Shown here: in pieces, positions 1 to 7,684 of the stretch
How positions within the stretch are numbered: position 1 is the stretch's first letter
How the letters are laid out: each line of letters begins with the position of its first letter
NCBI GenBank assembly: GCA_003166335.1
Contig: PMWA01000095.1
Coordinates: 1 to 10,448, forward strand
Source of the DNA: Methanobacterium sp.
GTDB taxonomy: Archaea > Methanobacteriota > Methanobacteria > Methanobacteriales > Methanobacteriaceae
Reading direction: 5' to 3'
DNA length: 10,448 nucleotides
Notes under the pieces: generated by a model
What the model was told of the DNA's origin: nothing
Databases searched by the model: none
The model's input: only the letters and a program-made list of their open reading frames with translations
Position numbers and translations under genes: made by a program

Positions 1-2
1 AT

Positions 3-116
3 ATTGATATAAATCTCGATGGTGAGAAAGCCCGTACATTTGCAGAGTTAAACGACTGGAATACGATTACAGATGAATTTGAGAATACTTTGAAAGGAGT
101 TGTTAAAGTTGGATGA
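3..116 (+). CDS. 3' end of an upstream gene truncated by the window edge, likely a GT4 (GT-B) glycosyltransferase
   Basis: The frame starting at 3 is open to TGA at 114-116 and reads IDINLDGEKARTFAELNDWNTITDEFENTLKGVVKVG*. 'GEKARxFxExxDWxxIxxEFExxL' resembles the C-terminal helix of GT4 enzymes. The stop overlaps the next gene's start, as at the other operon junctions. Confidence 0.7.
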   Translation: MDINLDGEKARTFAELNDWNTITDEFENTLKGVVKVG

Positions 117-1102
117 TAATTCAGTATATTTTTCTAAGGTCACTAATCTAAAAGAAGACATTAAAAAGAATCTTGAATTCATTAACTGGAAAAACATATT
201 AAAATCAGATTCAACTGTTTTTGTCAAACCCAACTTCACTTTTCCATATTATAAAGAAGGTATAACCACATCACCCGATTTAATTAAATATTTCCTAGAA
301 ATTTTGAAACCCCGCGTTGATAATGTTATCTTAGGAGAATCTAATGGTGGAAATCATTCATTCACCTCTGATGATGCGTTTAAAGGTCACAACATGCCTG
401 AAATTTGTAAAGAAATTGGAGTTGAACTAGTTAATCTTTCTAAATTACCTTCACAAAAAGTTAAAGATAATATTAACGGGAAACAAGTAGAAGTCGAGCT
501 TCCACAACTTCTTTTAGATGATGTTGATTGCTTTATTTCAGTCGTGTTTTAAAAGTTCATGTTATGACAAACGTTACATTAAGCATGAAAAACTTATGGG
601 GATGTAATCCCAACACTATGAGATGCCTATGCCACCAAAATCTAAGCGAAAAACTAACATTAATTACAAGAAGTTAAATCCTCAATTAATCCTTATGGAT
701 GCTACATATGCCCTTGATGGCCATGGACCAATGTATGGAGAAGCAAAACGGTTAGACATGATATTTTCATCTAACAATCCCATAGCAACAGATTCTCTGG
801 GAACAGTTGTGATGGGTATTCCAATTAAAAATGCTGAGCATATACTAATAGCAGAAAAAGAAGGATTATGCATAACAGATTTAGAAAAGATTAAAATAAA
901 TAATGATTGGAGAGAATATAAAATGCAATTCTATCTGTACAATACCTTCCTTGATAATCTTTTAAATCTACTTTTTGAAAGTGAAATAATGGCTAGTTTG
1001 GTTACGGATTCTCTAGCCACACTTTTAATTTATGAGATGGCAAAACACCTTCAAAATTCTAATGAACAAGATGTAGTAAATGAAATGGGGTATTGTAAAT
1101 GA
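109..1102 (+). pseudogene. DUF362 domain-containing protein split by two -1 frameshifts (about 331 aa when reconstructed)
   Basis: ORF 100..552 carries DUF362-type motifs (VFVKPN, GITTSP, ILGES, LVNL, DCFISV). A hidden frame at 543..674 continues with VLKVHVMTNVTLSMKNLWGCNPNTMRCLCHQNLSEKLTLIT, the PxLKxH...T.SxKNLxG motif. From 668 the third frame continues with KKLNPQLILMDATYALDGHGPMYG...NPIATD to TGA at 1100-1102. The likely start is TTG at 109, with GGAG at 96-99. Confidence 0.85.
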
Positions 1103-2256
1103 AGATTTTACAAGTCATACCATTCTTTAATCCTAAATTTGGTGGTCCTGTAAAAGGAGTTTACTACTTATCAGAAGAACTATCAAAACGTGGCCATGAA
1201 ATTACTTTAATCACTACAGATCTTAATTATAACGAAAATTATGTTATTGAACTTGAAAAGCAAGGGGTTGAGGTCATTTGTTTCAAATGTGTATTTAACT
1301 TTGCTTCATTTTTATATTCACCTTCAATGGAAAAATGGATAAAAAGTAACATTCAAAAATTTGATTTAATCGATTTACATGAGTTTCGTTCTTATCAAAA
1401 TAATATTGTTCACATATATTCGAAATTATATGATAAACCTTATATCTTACAGGCACACGGTTCGGTTCTACCATTTTTTCAAAAACAAAAACTAAAAAAA
1501 GTTTATGATTTTTTTTGGGGATATAAACTTTTAAAAGATGCAGCTATAGTTATCGCCTTAACTGAAACAGAATTGAATCAGTATAAAAAAATGGGAGTTC
1601 CTGAAAATAAAATAGAAATAATTCCAAATGGAATAAATTTAATCAAGGATCAAAATCTCCCTAAAAGAGGATTATTCAGAAAAAAATATGATATAAAAAA
1701 TGATGAAAATGTTATTCTTTATTTGGGTAGAATCCATAAAATAAAAGGGATAGATTTACTTCTAAAATCATTTTACTTGTTATCTAAAGAAATGGGAAAT
1801 ATAAAATTGATAATTGTTGGTCCGGGAAAAACATCGAATTTGAAAAAAATGATCAAAGGTTCATTAATTGAGAATAAAGTTATTTTTACAGGTCCACTTT
1901 ATGGTGAAAATAAGTATGAGGCATTTATTGACTCTGATCTTTATGTACTTCCATCTATTTATGAAGCGTTTGGTCACACTGTTCTAGAGGCTTTTTCATT
2001 TAGTAAACCAGTGGTAGTGACAGAAGGTTGCGGTATAAAAGATATAATTCATAAGAGAGCAGGATATGCAGTTAAATATGATAAAAATTCTTTAAAGGAT
2101 GCTATGTTTTCTATTTTAAATGATGAGGATTTAAAACGTTCTTTCGGAGAAAATGGGAAAGTAATCGTTAGTAAAGTGTTCAATTTAGATATTGTAATGA
2201 ATAAAATTGAATTACTTTACAAAAATATTGTGAGAGAATTTAATGAAAAAAGTTAA
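1099..2256 (+). CDS. Glycosyltransferase family 4 (GT-B, retaining), 385 aa
   Basis: N-terminal MKILQVIPFF...FGGP motif, QAHGS, IIPNGI, LYLGRIHKIKG, and the EX7E motif EAFGHTVLE. ATGA overlap with the DUF362 stop, and GGGGT at 1087-1091 as a possible RBS. Confidence 0.93.
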   Translation: MKILQVIPFFNPKFGGPVKGVYYLSEELSKRGHEITLITTDLNYNENYVIELEKQGVEVICFKCVFNFASFLYSPSMEKWIKSNIQKFDLIDLHEFRSYQNNIVHIYSKLYDKPYILQAHGSVLPFFQKQKLKKVYDFFWGYKLLKDAAIVIALTETELNQYKKMGVPENKIEIIPNGINLIKDQNLPKRGLFRKKYDIKNDENVILYLGRIHKIKGIDLLLKSFYLLSKEMGNIKLIIVGPGKTSNLKKMIKGSLIENKVIFTGPLYGENKYEAFIDSDLYVLPSIYEAFGHTVLEAFSFSKPVVVTEGCGIKDIIHKRAGYAVKYDKNSLKDAMFSILNDEDLKRSFGENGKVIVSKVFNLDIVMNKIELLYKNIVREFNEKS

Positions 2257-3370
2257 TTTATGCATTCTTACATTTCCTGTAACTGAATCAGGAGTTATTC
2301 CTCTATCCAATCTAATCGAAATAATATATACTCTTTCAAATGAACTGGTAGTTGTCACGGGTGATGTAGGATATGAAGTTTTTAAGAATGATGAAAGACT
2401 CAAAGCATATGAAATAAAACATAATTCAAAAAATAATTTGCTTAGCAGGGCTTTCCAGTATATTTTGACTCAAATAAAGATTTCTTATAAGATTTTGAAA
2501 ATAAAAAATATAGATGGATGGATCTTTTTTATGGGTGGAGATACTCTGGTTTTACCTATGTTAATGATTAAAATAATGCGTAAAAAAGTTTTTTTGGTTT
2601 TTGCAGGATCTGCCATTAAAACACTTGAATCTGCAGATGACCAGTTTTCTATATTTGCTAAAGTTCTTTCTAATATAAATTGTAAGTTATCAGATAAAAT
2701 TATAATTTATTCAGAGAAACTTGTAAAAGAATGGAATCTGGAAAATTACAAAGAAAAAATTGTGATAATGCATAGACATTTCATTGATTTTGATAATTTC
2801 AAAATAAAAACAGAACTTAGTAAAAGAGAAAATATAATCGGATATATTGGCCGTTTAAGTAAAGAAAAAGGAGTTGAAGAGTTTCTAAAATCAATTCCAG
2901 AGTTGATTAAAATAAATTCGGACCTTGAATTTTTGATTTGTGGAGATGGGGGTTTAAAGGACGAAATTAGTGAATATATAAGTAAGAATAATTTGAATAC
3001 GAAAGTAAAGTTACTTCCATGGATATCTCATGAAGAAGTCCCAGTTTATCTTAACCGACTAAAATTACTGGTTGTACCATCATACACAGAAGGACTTCCT
3101 AACATTATACTAGAAGCAATGGCTTGTGGAACACCAGTACTTGCAACAGGAGCTGGTGCAATTCTAGATGTAATAGAGAATGGAAAAACTGGTTTTATAC
3201 TAGAGAACAATTCAAACGTTTGCATTAAAGAAAATATAATAGATTTTATTAATTATAAAAATAAAGAAGAAGTCATAGCAAGATCTCTAAGGAAGGTCAA
3301 AAGAGAGTTTAACTATGAAAAAGTTTTTGATACGTGGAAAGCTTTTTTTGAGGATTATTATGGAATTTAA
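2243..3370 (+). CDS. Glycosyltransferase family 4 (GT-B), 375 aa
   Basis: GYIGRLSKEKG, ICGDG, and the EX7E motif EGLPNIILE followed by AMACGTPV...IENGKTGF. Overlaps the upstream GT4 by 14 nt. Confidence 0.93.
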   Translation: MKKVNLCILTFPVTESGVIPLSNLIEIIYTLSNELVVVTGDVGYEVFKNDERLKAYEIKHNSKNNLLSRAFQYILTQIKISYKILKIKNIDGWIFFMGGDTLVLPMLMIKIMRKKVFLVFAGSAIKTLESADDQFSIFAKVLSNINCKLSDKIIIYSEKLVKEWNLENYKEKIVIMHRHFIDFDNFKIKTELSKRENIIGYIGRLSKEKGVEEFLKSIPELIKINSDLEFLICGDGGLKDEISEYISKNNLNTKVKLLPWISHEEVPVYLNRLKLLVVPSYTEGLPNIILEAMACGTPVLATGAGAILDVIENGKTGFILENNSNVCIKENIIDFINYKNKEEVIARSLRKVKREFNYEKVFDTWKAFFEDYYGI

Positions 3371-5240
3371 ATCAATTTTCAAAAGTTTAATCATAGAAAA
3401 TCCTGATAAAACCATGGCAATAGTCGGGATTTTCGTTGCAACTATTTTAATAATATTCACTATATTTAAAAATGATTTTCTTTATTCGATTGCGGGAATG
3501 TTGATATTACTTGTTTGTTTATTCTGGCTATTTATAAGAGATAATGTAGATTTAGGTATAAGTGCAAATGAAAATAATATTATAACCAGAATATTGAATA
3601 TATCTTTTTATATCCTCCTTTTTTTGGCTATTCTCTCAATTTATTTAAGGCCAGAATTATATGTTAGGCCTCTCTCTTATTTTGTTATAGCTTCATTAAT
3701 TTTTCCAGTGATTTTACTTGAAATTTTTTATTCATCTAAAAACATCACCCATCATCTCTTAGTACAAATAATAATATTCGGGTTGTTATTAGAATTCTCT
3801 GAATTGTTAATTTTTCCTTCTAGTTTAGTTGGAGTGGATCCTTGGTGGCATCAAACAGTCACAATGAAGATAATTAGCGGAGGATACATACCTACTAACA
3901 CAATTTATTCTAATTTGCCTATATTTCATCTTGAAGTAGCTTTAACTTCAATTTTATCTTCTTTTGACTATAAAGATGCGGCAATGTTTTCAATAAGTTT
4001 CCTACAGGTTTTCCTTGACACTGTTTTCACATTTCTGATTGGAAAACACATTTTCAATAGAAAAATAGGACTTTTAGCAGCATTGATGGTGGTCATTGCT
4101 AATACGAGTATTTTTTTCGGTTATTCTCCCATACCCAATACTTTAGGACCTCCAATACTCCTTATTATAATTTACTTATTGATTAGTATTGAGAGTGTCA
4201 AATCAAAAATATTAACTTTACTTTTCATGATCGTATTGGTTTTGATGCATACTATAGCTGCATTTATTTCTGTTCTAGTTATTTTCTTAGGCTTTTTATT
4301 ATCAACAATTTATAGTGGATATTACAGTTCTCGAGATGCAATTAAAGGCACTCAATTTAAGTTTAGTTTAACTATAGCACTTTTTTTCGCTATTTTCATG
4401 TTTGGGTGGTGGACTTACGTATCTGGAAGTCTCAACGGCTTTGTAGGGATATTACAGTGGGGATTTAGTGTAGATAATTTCATTAGCGAGCCAGGGCTCG
4501 CTCAGGCTACTGTAAATACTATACCTATATTAGAAAAGATTTTTGATTATATGGGCCTATACTTATTATCAGCTCTATCGATATTGGGCTGTTTTTTCAT
4601 GATAAATAAAAAATTTAGAAACAATGAAACCTTTTTCTTAGCTATAACAGGTTTAATCTTGTTAACAATTGCATTCATCTCAAACTTTTTAGGCACATTT
4701 ATAGTGCCCGAGAGATGGTATTACTTTGCTTTTGTAATTTTATCCATTCCTTTGGCAATTACATTTCTAATCATTTTTAATAAAATAAAAAATAAAGCTT
4801 TATTCAGTATTTTAGCATTTTTTATTGCGTTTGCATTAATCACAAGCCCTGAAGCGAACGTTGATAATCATATTTTTGATCCAAACTCTGTTTTTACAAC
4901 AGCATTATCAGAATCAGAGTTAGCAGCTATTTACTCATCAGAAACTTTTGGGGTTTACACTATATCAACTGATGATTACTATGGGGACGTGATGAATAGT
5001 TTAGGATATAGAAACGCAATTTTTATGGATAACAATATTTATTATGGATATTTTACGAATCAATCAAATAATTTAATTATGATCAGATCTCGAATGATGA
5101 CAGAACCAATTAAACTATCAGGTTCTCCGTATAAGGTTAACTACAATGCTGATAATGTATTATTGAACGAATCTTTTTCACAGATTTATGATGACGGTTC
5201 TGTTAAGGACTACTTAAATCTGAATAATATAAGTAAATAG
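3360..5240 (+). CDS. Polytopic membrane protein, GT-C-fold/DUF2206-like putative glycosyltransferase or polymerase (626 aa from ATG 3360)
   Basis: About 15-16 hydrophobic segments by eye. Loop motif GVDPWWH (Asp codon at 3837), late motif PERWYYF (4707-), and a soluble C-terminal domain. ATG 3360 is preceded by GAGGA at 3350-3354 and overlaps the upstream stop by 11 nt, so I prefer it to the track's 3315 start. Confidence 0.75.
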   Translation: MEFKSIFKSLIIENPDKTMAIVGIFVATILIIFTIFKNDFLYSIAGMLILLVCLFWLFIRDNVDLGISANENNIITRILNISFYILLFLAILSIYLRPELYVRPLSYFVIASLIFPVILLEIFYSSKNITHHLLVQIIIFGLLLEFSELLIFPSSLVGVDPWWHQTVTMKIISGGYIPTNTIYSNLPIFHLEVALTSILSSFDYKDAAMFSISFLQVFLDTVFTFLIGKHIFNRKIGLLAALMVVIANTSIFFGYSPIPNTLGPPILLIIIYLLISIESVKSKILTLLFMIVLVLMHTIAAFISVLVIFLGFLLSTIYSGYYSSRDAIKGTQFKFSLTIALFFAIFMFGWWTYVSGSLNGFVGILQWGFSVDNFISEPGLAQATVNTIPILEKIFDYMGLYLLSALSILGCFFMINKKFRNNETFFLAITGLILLTIAFISNFLGTFIVPERWYYFAFVILSIPLAITFLIIFNKIKNKALFSILAFFIAFALITSPEANVDNHIFDPNSVFTTALSESELAAIYSSETFGVYTISTDDYYGDVMNSLGYRNAIFMDNNIYYGYFTNQSNNLIMIRSRMMTEPIKLSGSPYKVNYNADNVLLNESFSQIYDDGSVKDYLNLNNISK

Positions 5241-5241
5241 T

Positions 5242-5757
5242 TTAGCGATATTTAATAACTTTTGCAGGTACACCACCCACAATGGCTCTTGGGGGTATAT
5301 TTTTCGTTACAACTGCGTTGGCTCCGATTATAGCGTCTTCACCAACTTCAACCCCGGGTAAAATTATAACTCTAGCACCTACCCACACATTTTCACGTAT
5401 TTTTATAGGGGCATGATACATTCCTTGTTCAATAATTGGAATACGATTTGAACCGTGTTTATGAGTGCTAGTTAGTAATATTGATTCAAATCCTATTATA
5501 GAATAATCCCCAATTTCTATACATCCTCTACCATCCAATATGACTTTAAATGCAATACCTACCTTTTTCCCAATATGAATATTCTGTGGATTAAGTATCT
5601 CGACATTGTTTGAGATTGAAGATCCATCTCCAAGAACTAGCAAATTTTTTAAAATTCTCATTCTTAAGATGTTTCCCCCGATTGAAGAAGGGATTTTTGA
5701 AATTAAATTCGTATATATAAACAAATAAATTAATTCAGTTATGCTTAAACTTTCCAT
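5242..5757 (-). CDS. Hexapeptide-repeat (left-handed beta-helix) sugar O-acyltransferase, maltose/galactoside acetyltransferase or WcaF-like, 171 aa
   Basis: Hexapeptide repeats (IHIGKKVGI, IEIGDYSII, VEVGEDAIIGANAVV), LTSTH with the candidate catalytic His, the VWVGARVIILPGV motif and the terminal VGGVPAKVIKYR. Confidence 0.92.
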   Translation of the reverse strand: MESLSITELIYLFIYTNLISKIPSSIGGNILRMRILKNLLVLGDGSSISNNVEILNPQNIHIGKKVGIAFKVILDGRGCIEIGDYSIIGFESILLTSTHKHGSNRIPIIEQGMYHAPIKIRENVWVGARVIILPGVEVGEDAIIGANAVVTKNIPPRAIVGGVPAKVIKYR

Positions 5758-5963
5758 TTAATCACTCCATCTTTAATTGATTTATGGACAGCTTTTAAAT
5801 ATAGTTTGTAGAACTCTTTAAATTTTGATAGATAAGCATTTTGCATAGAGATATATTTTGCAGCATTCATTTTTTCGTATATGATTGTTATTACTAAAAT
5901 TATGATACGTAATCTTACTTCTAGATCTGAATTTAATGAAGATTTATGAGAAGAATATGTCTT
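5745..5963 (-). other. Stop-free frame of 72 codons overlapping the acyltransferase start (41 aa from ATG 5870); possible 3' remnant of a lost upstream gene
   Basis: Reads KTYSSHKSSLNSDLEVRLRIIILVITIIYEKMNAAKYISMQNAYLSKFKEFYKLYLKAVHKSIKDGVIKWKV*, with TAA at 5747-5745. It overlaps the acyltransferase by 13 nt. No family recognised. Confidence 0.3.
5761..5768 (-). promoter_or_regulatory. Shine-Dalgarno site of the acyltransferase
   Basis: The minus strand reads GGAGTGAT-TAA-ATG, a near match to the archaeal SD consensus GGAGGTGAT. Confidence 0.7.
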
Positions 5964-6106
5964 TTAGGTAACTAAATCAGTTCGATAACTTCTTTCACTA
6001 AAAAAAATTGAAGTTCATCGAATAGTTTCAGGAAAGTTGATTATAGTTTCTTTAAAAAATTTTTTATATTTACTGTGGAAAATTAATACAAAAAAAAGAA
6101 CAGAAT

Positions 6107-6137
6107 AAATAAAAACAAATAAAAACAAATAAAGAAC
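6107..6137. repeat. Short low-complexity tandem repeat in the divergent intergenic region
   Basis: AAATAAAAAC (6107-6116), AAATAAAAAC (6117-6126), AAATAAAGAAC (6127-6137). Confidence 0.6.
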
Positions 6138-6223
6138 AATAAGCTTCTAGACCTAAAATGAAAAAATGGACAAGAAAAAGAGTGGAAAAAAATTAACACA
6201 TGTTAAAATTACAGCCCAAAAAT

Positions 6224-6238
6224 CGCAAAGTTTAAAAA
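6224..6238 (+). promoter_or_regulatory. Candidate archaeal BRE-TATA promoter for the downstream GT4
   Basis: CGCAAAG (BRE-like) directly followed by TTTAAAAA, ending 45 nt before ATG 6284. The AT-rich background limits certainty. Confidence 0.35.
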
Positions 6239-6283
6239 TAATATAAATTGAAATTAATAAATTTATTTCTTAAGGGGAATAAG

Positions 6284-7450
6284 ATGAGAAATAAAATTAA
6301 AGTATCGTTAATTATATTTTCTAAGTTTCCAGTTAATGGAGGATATGAAAATTTAGTTTATGATCTTGCTGAAAAATTAAGTTCGAAAGCTAAGATTCAA
6401 TTAGTTTGTACAGAAATTACTACAGAAAAACCTATTCCTAATTTAATAGAAGTATTTCCGATTTTAAATCAATCTAAAATTAGATATATTGGATTCTTTT
6501 TTTCTAATATTATTAACATGATTAATTTTTATAATTATTTAAGGAAGGAAAGACCCGATGTGATTAATGCACATCCGTCGTTTCCAGCCGGTTTTATAGC
6601 ATTATTACCTGCAAAATTATTAAATATTCCATTAATATGTACATCTCATGGTGGTGACATTCAATTAAATAAAGAAGTTGGATATGGAATGAAATTAAAT
6701 AAATTCACGGCTTTTTTATTGAAAATAACACTTAAAGGAACTAATATTCATACAGTAGTGAGTAAGAGTATGATAAAAGCTGCAGTTGATTCGGGATCTG
6801 AAATTCCAAAAATTTATACCATTGAAAATGGCATAAATTTGCAAGAAACAGGAAAAACTGAAGTTGATATTCTTAAAAAGTATAAAATAGAAAAAAATGA
6901 ATTTATTATTTTATTTCTTGGGAGACTAATTCCTGTAAAACGTCCAGAAGATTTGATAAAGGCTTTTTCGTTGATTTATAATAAGATTCCTAAATCGAGG
7001 TTAATAATAGCAGGAAGCGGGAATGAAGAATCTAAATTAAGGAAATTGATATCTGATCTGAATATTAGTAACAGAGTTATACTTACTGGATTTGTATCTC
7101 CAAAAACTGGCAAATGGGATCTATTAGAAAGATGTGATATTTCTGTTTCACCTTCTTTAGTTGAAGGATTACCAATAGCTACGTTAGAAGCTTTTTCATA
7201 TGGTAAACCGGTAATAGCCACTAATATAAAAGCTTTTACAGAAATAATTAAAAATATGGAAACAGGTATTTTAGTTAAACCTAAATCCCCAGAAGAACTT
7301 AGTAAAGCAATTTTAGAATTAGCTAAAAACAAGGAAAAAAGGTTAATCATTGGCAAACGTGCGAAAAAAGAGTTTAATGTGAGATTTAATATACAAAAGA
7401 CTGCAGAAGAATATTTAAAATTATATGAAAAAGTTTCTTTAGTTATGTGA
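6284..7450 (+). CDS. Glycosyltransferase family 4 (GT-B), 388 aa from ATG 6284
   Basis: FPVNGGYE, RPDVINAH, CTSHGGDI, IENGI, LFLGRLIPVKR, and the EX7E motif EGLPIATLE. ATG 6284 follows GGGGA at 6274-6278, so I prefer it to TTG 6248. Confidence 0.92.
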   Translation: MRNKIKVSLIIFSKFPVNGGYENLVYDLAEKLSSKAKIQLVCTEITTEKPIPNLIEVFPILNQSKIRYIGFFFSNIINMINFYNYLRKERPDVINAHPSFPAGFIALLPAKLLNIPLICTSHGGDIQLNKEVGYGMKLNKFTAFLLKITLKGTNIHTVVSKSMIKAAVDSGSEIPKIYTIENGINLQETGKTEVDILKKYKIEKNEFIILFLGRLIPVKRPEDLIKAFSLIYNKIPKSRLIIAGSGNEESKLRKLISDLNISNRVILTGFVSPKTGKWDLLERCDISVSPSLVEGLPIATLEAFSYGKPVIATNIKAFTEIIKNMETGILVKPKSPEELSKAILELAKNKEKRLIIGKRAKKEFNVRFNIQKTAEEYLKLYEKVSLVM

Positions 7451-7451
7451 A

Positions 7452-7465
7452 GACTTAATTAAGTC
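7452..7465. repeat. Perfect 14-bp palindrome immediately after the GT4 stop
   Basis: GACTTAATTAAGTC is its own reverse complement. Confidence 0.7.
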
Positions 7466-7490
7466 ATGTGCGAATGAATTATTTCAATAA

Positions 7491-7505
7491 TTTTTTTATT
7501 ATTTT
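7491..7505 (+). terminator. Candidate oligo-T archaeal terminator
   Basis: TTTTTTTATTATTTT lies about 40 nt after the GT4 stop, in a convergent intergenic region. Confidence 0.35.
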
Positions 7506-7684
7506 AAAATATTTGAGTTAATGGTGAAAAAATCTACTATATTTGGTTAGTGATGGTAAAAAAGTGCCCTCGATCTTGCTTACAATGTCTCCATCTTCCT
7601 ATTTTCAAGTTTTCTGATACTTATTATCGCAAATATCCATTGTTGTCTTAGGAATAAAATCTTAGATCATATTTTTAACATTTT

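Noticed and set aside
48..239. 63-aa minus-strand ORF
   Set aside because: Antisense shadow of the GT4 tail and DUF362 gene, with no recognisable motifs.
546..555. TTTTAAAA as a programmed -1 frameshift site in DUF362
   Set aside because: The T-TTA-AAA heptamer is phased to the -1 frame rather than the incoming frame, the expected Pro of 'SVPVLK' is missing, and a second shift would still be required.
623..667. N-terminus MPMPPKSKRKTNINY of the track ORF 623..1102 as a separate gene start
   Set aside because: Out-of-frame reading of the DUF362 middle segment; family-like sequence in this frame starts only near 668.
682..873. 63-aa minus-strand ORF
   Set aside because: Lies wholly antisense to the DUF362 C-terminal half.
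1494..1520. A7, T8 and G4 runs in the first GT4 as phase-variation tracts
   Set aside because: The gene is in frame and such runs are expected at this AT content; there is no long poly-G/C tract.
2212..2403. 63-aa minus-strand ORF
   Set aside because: Antisense to two well-supported GT4 genes.
3360..5240. Calling the membrane protein aglB, wzx or wzy
   Set aside because: No WWDYG motif for AglB, no MOP-flippase pattern, and Wzy cannot be recognised by eye; left without a symbol.
6976..7356. 126-aa minus-strand ORF
   Set aside because: Antisense shadow of the conserved GT4 C-terminal domain, with no motifs of its own.
7510..7684. Possible gene remnant downstream of the methyltransferase
   Set aside because: All three minus-strand frames contain stops and I could not recognise any family; a BLASTx search would be needed.
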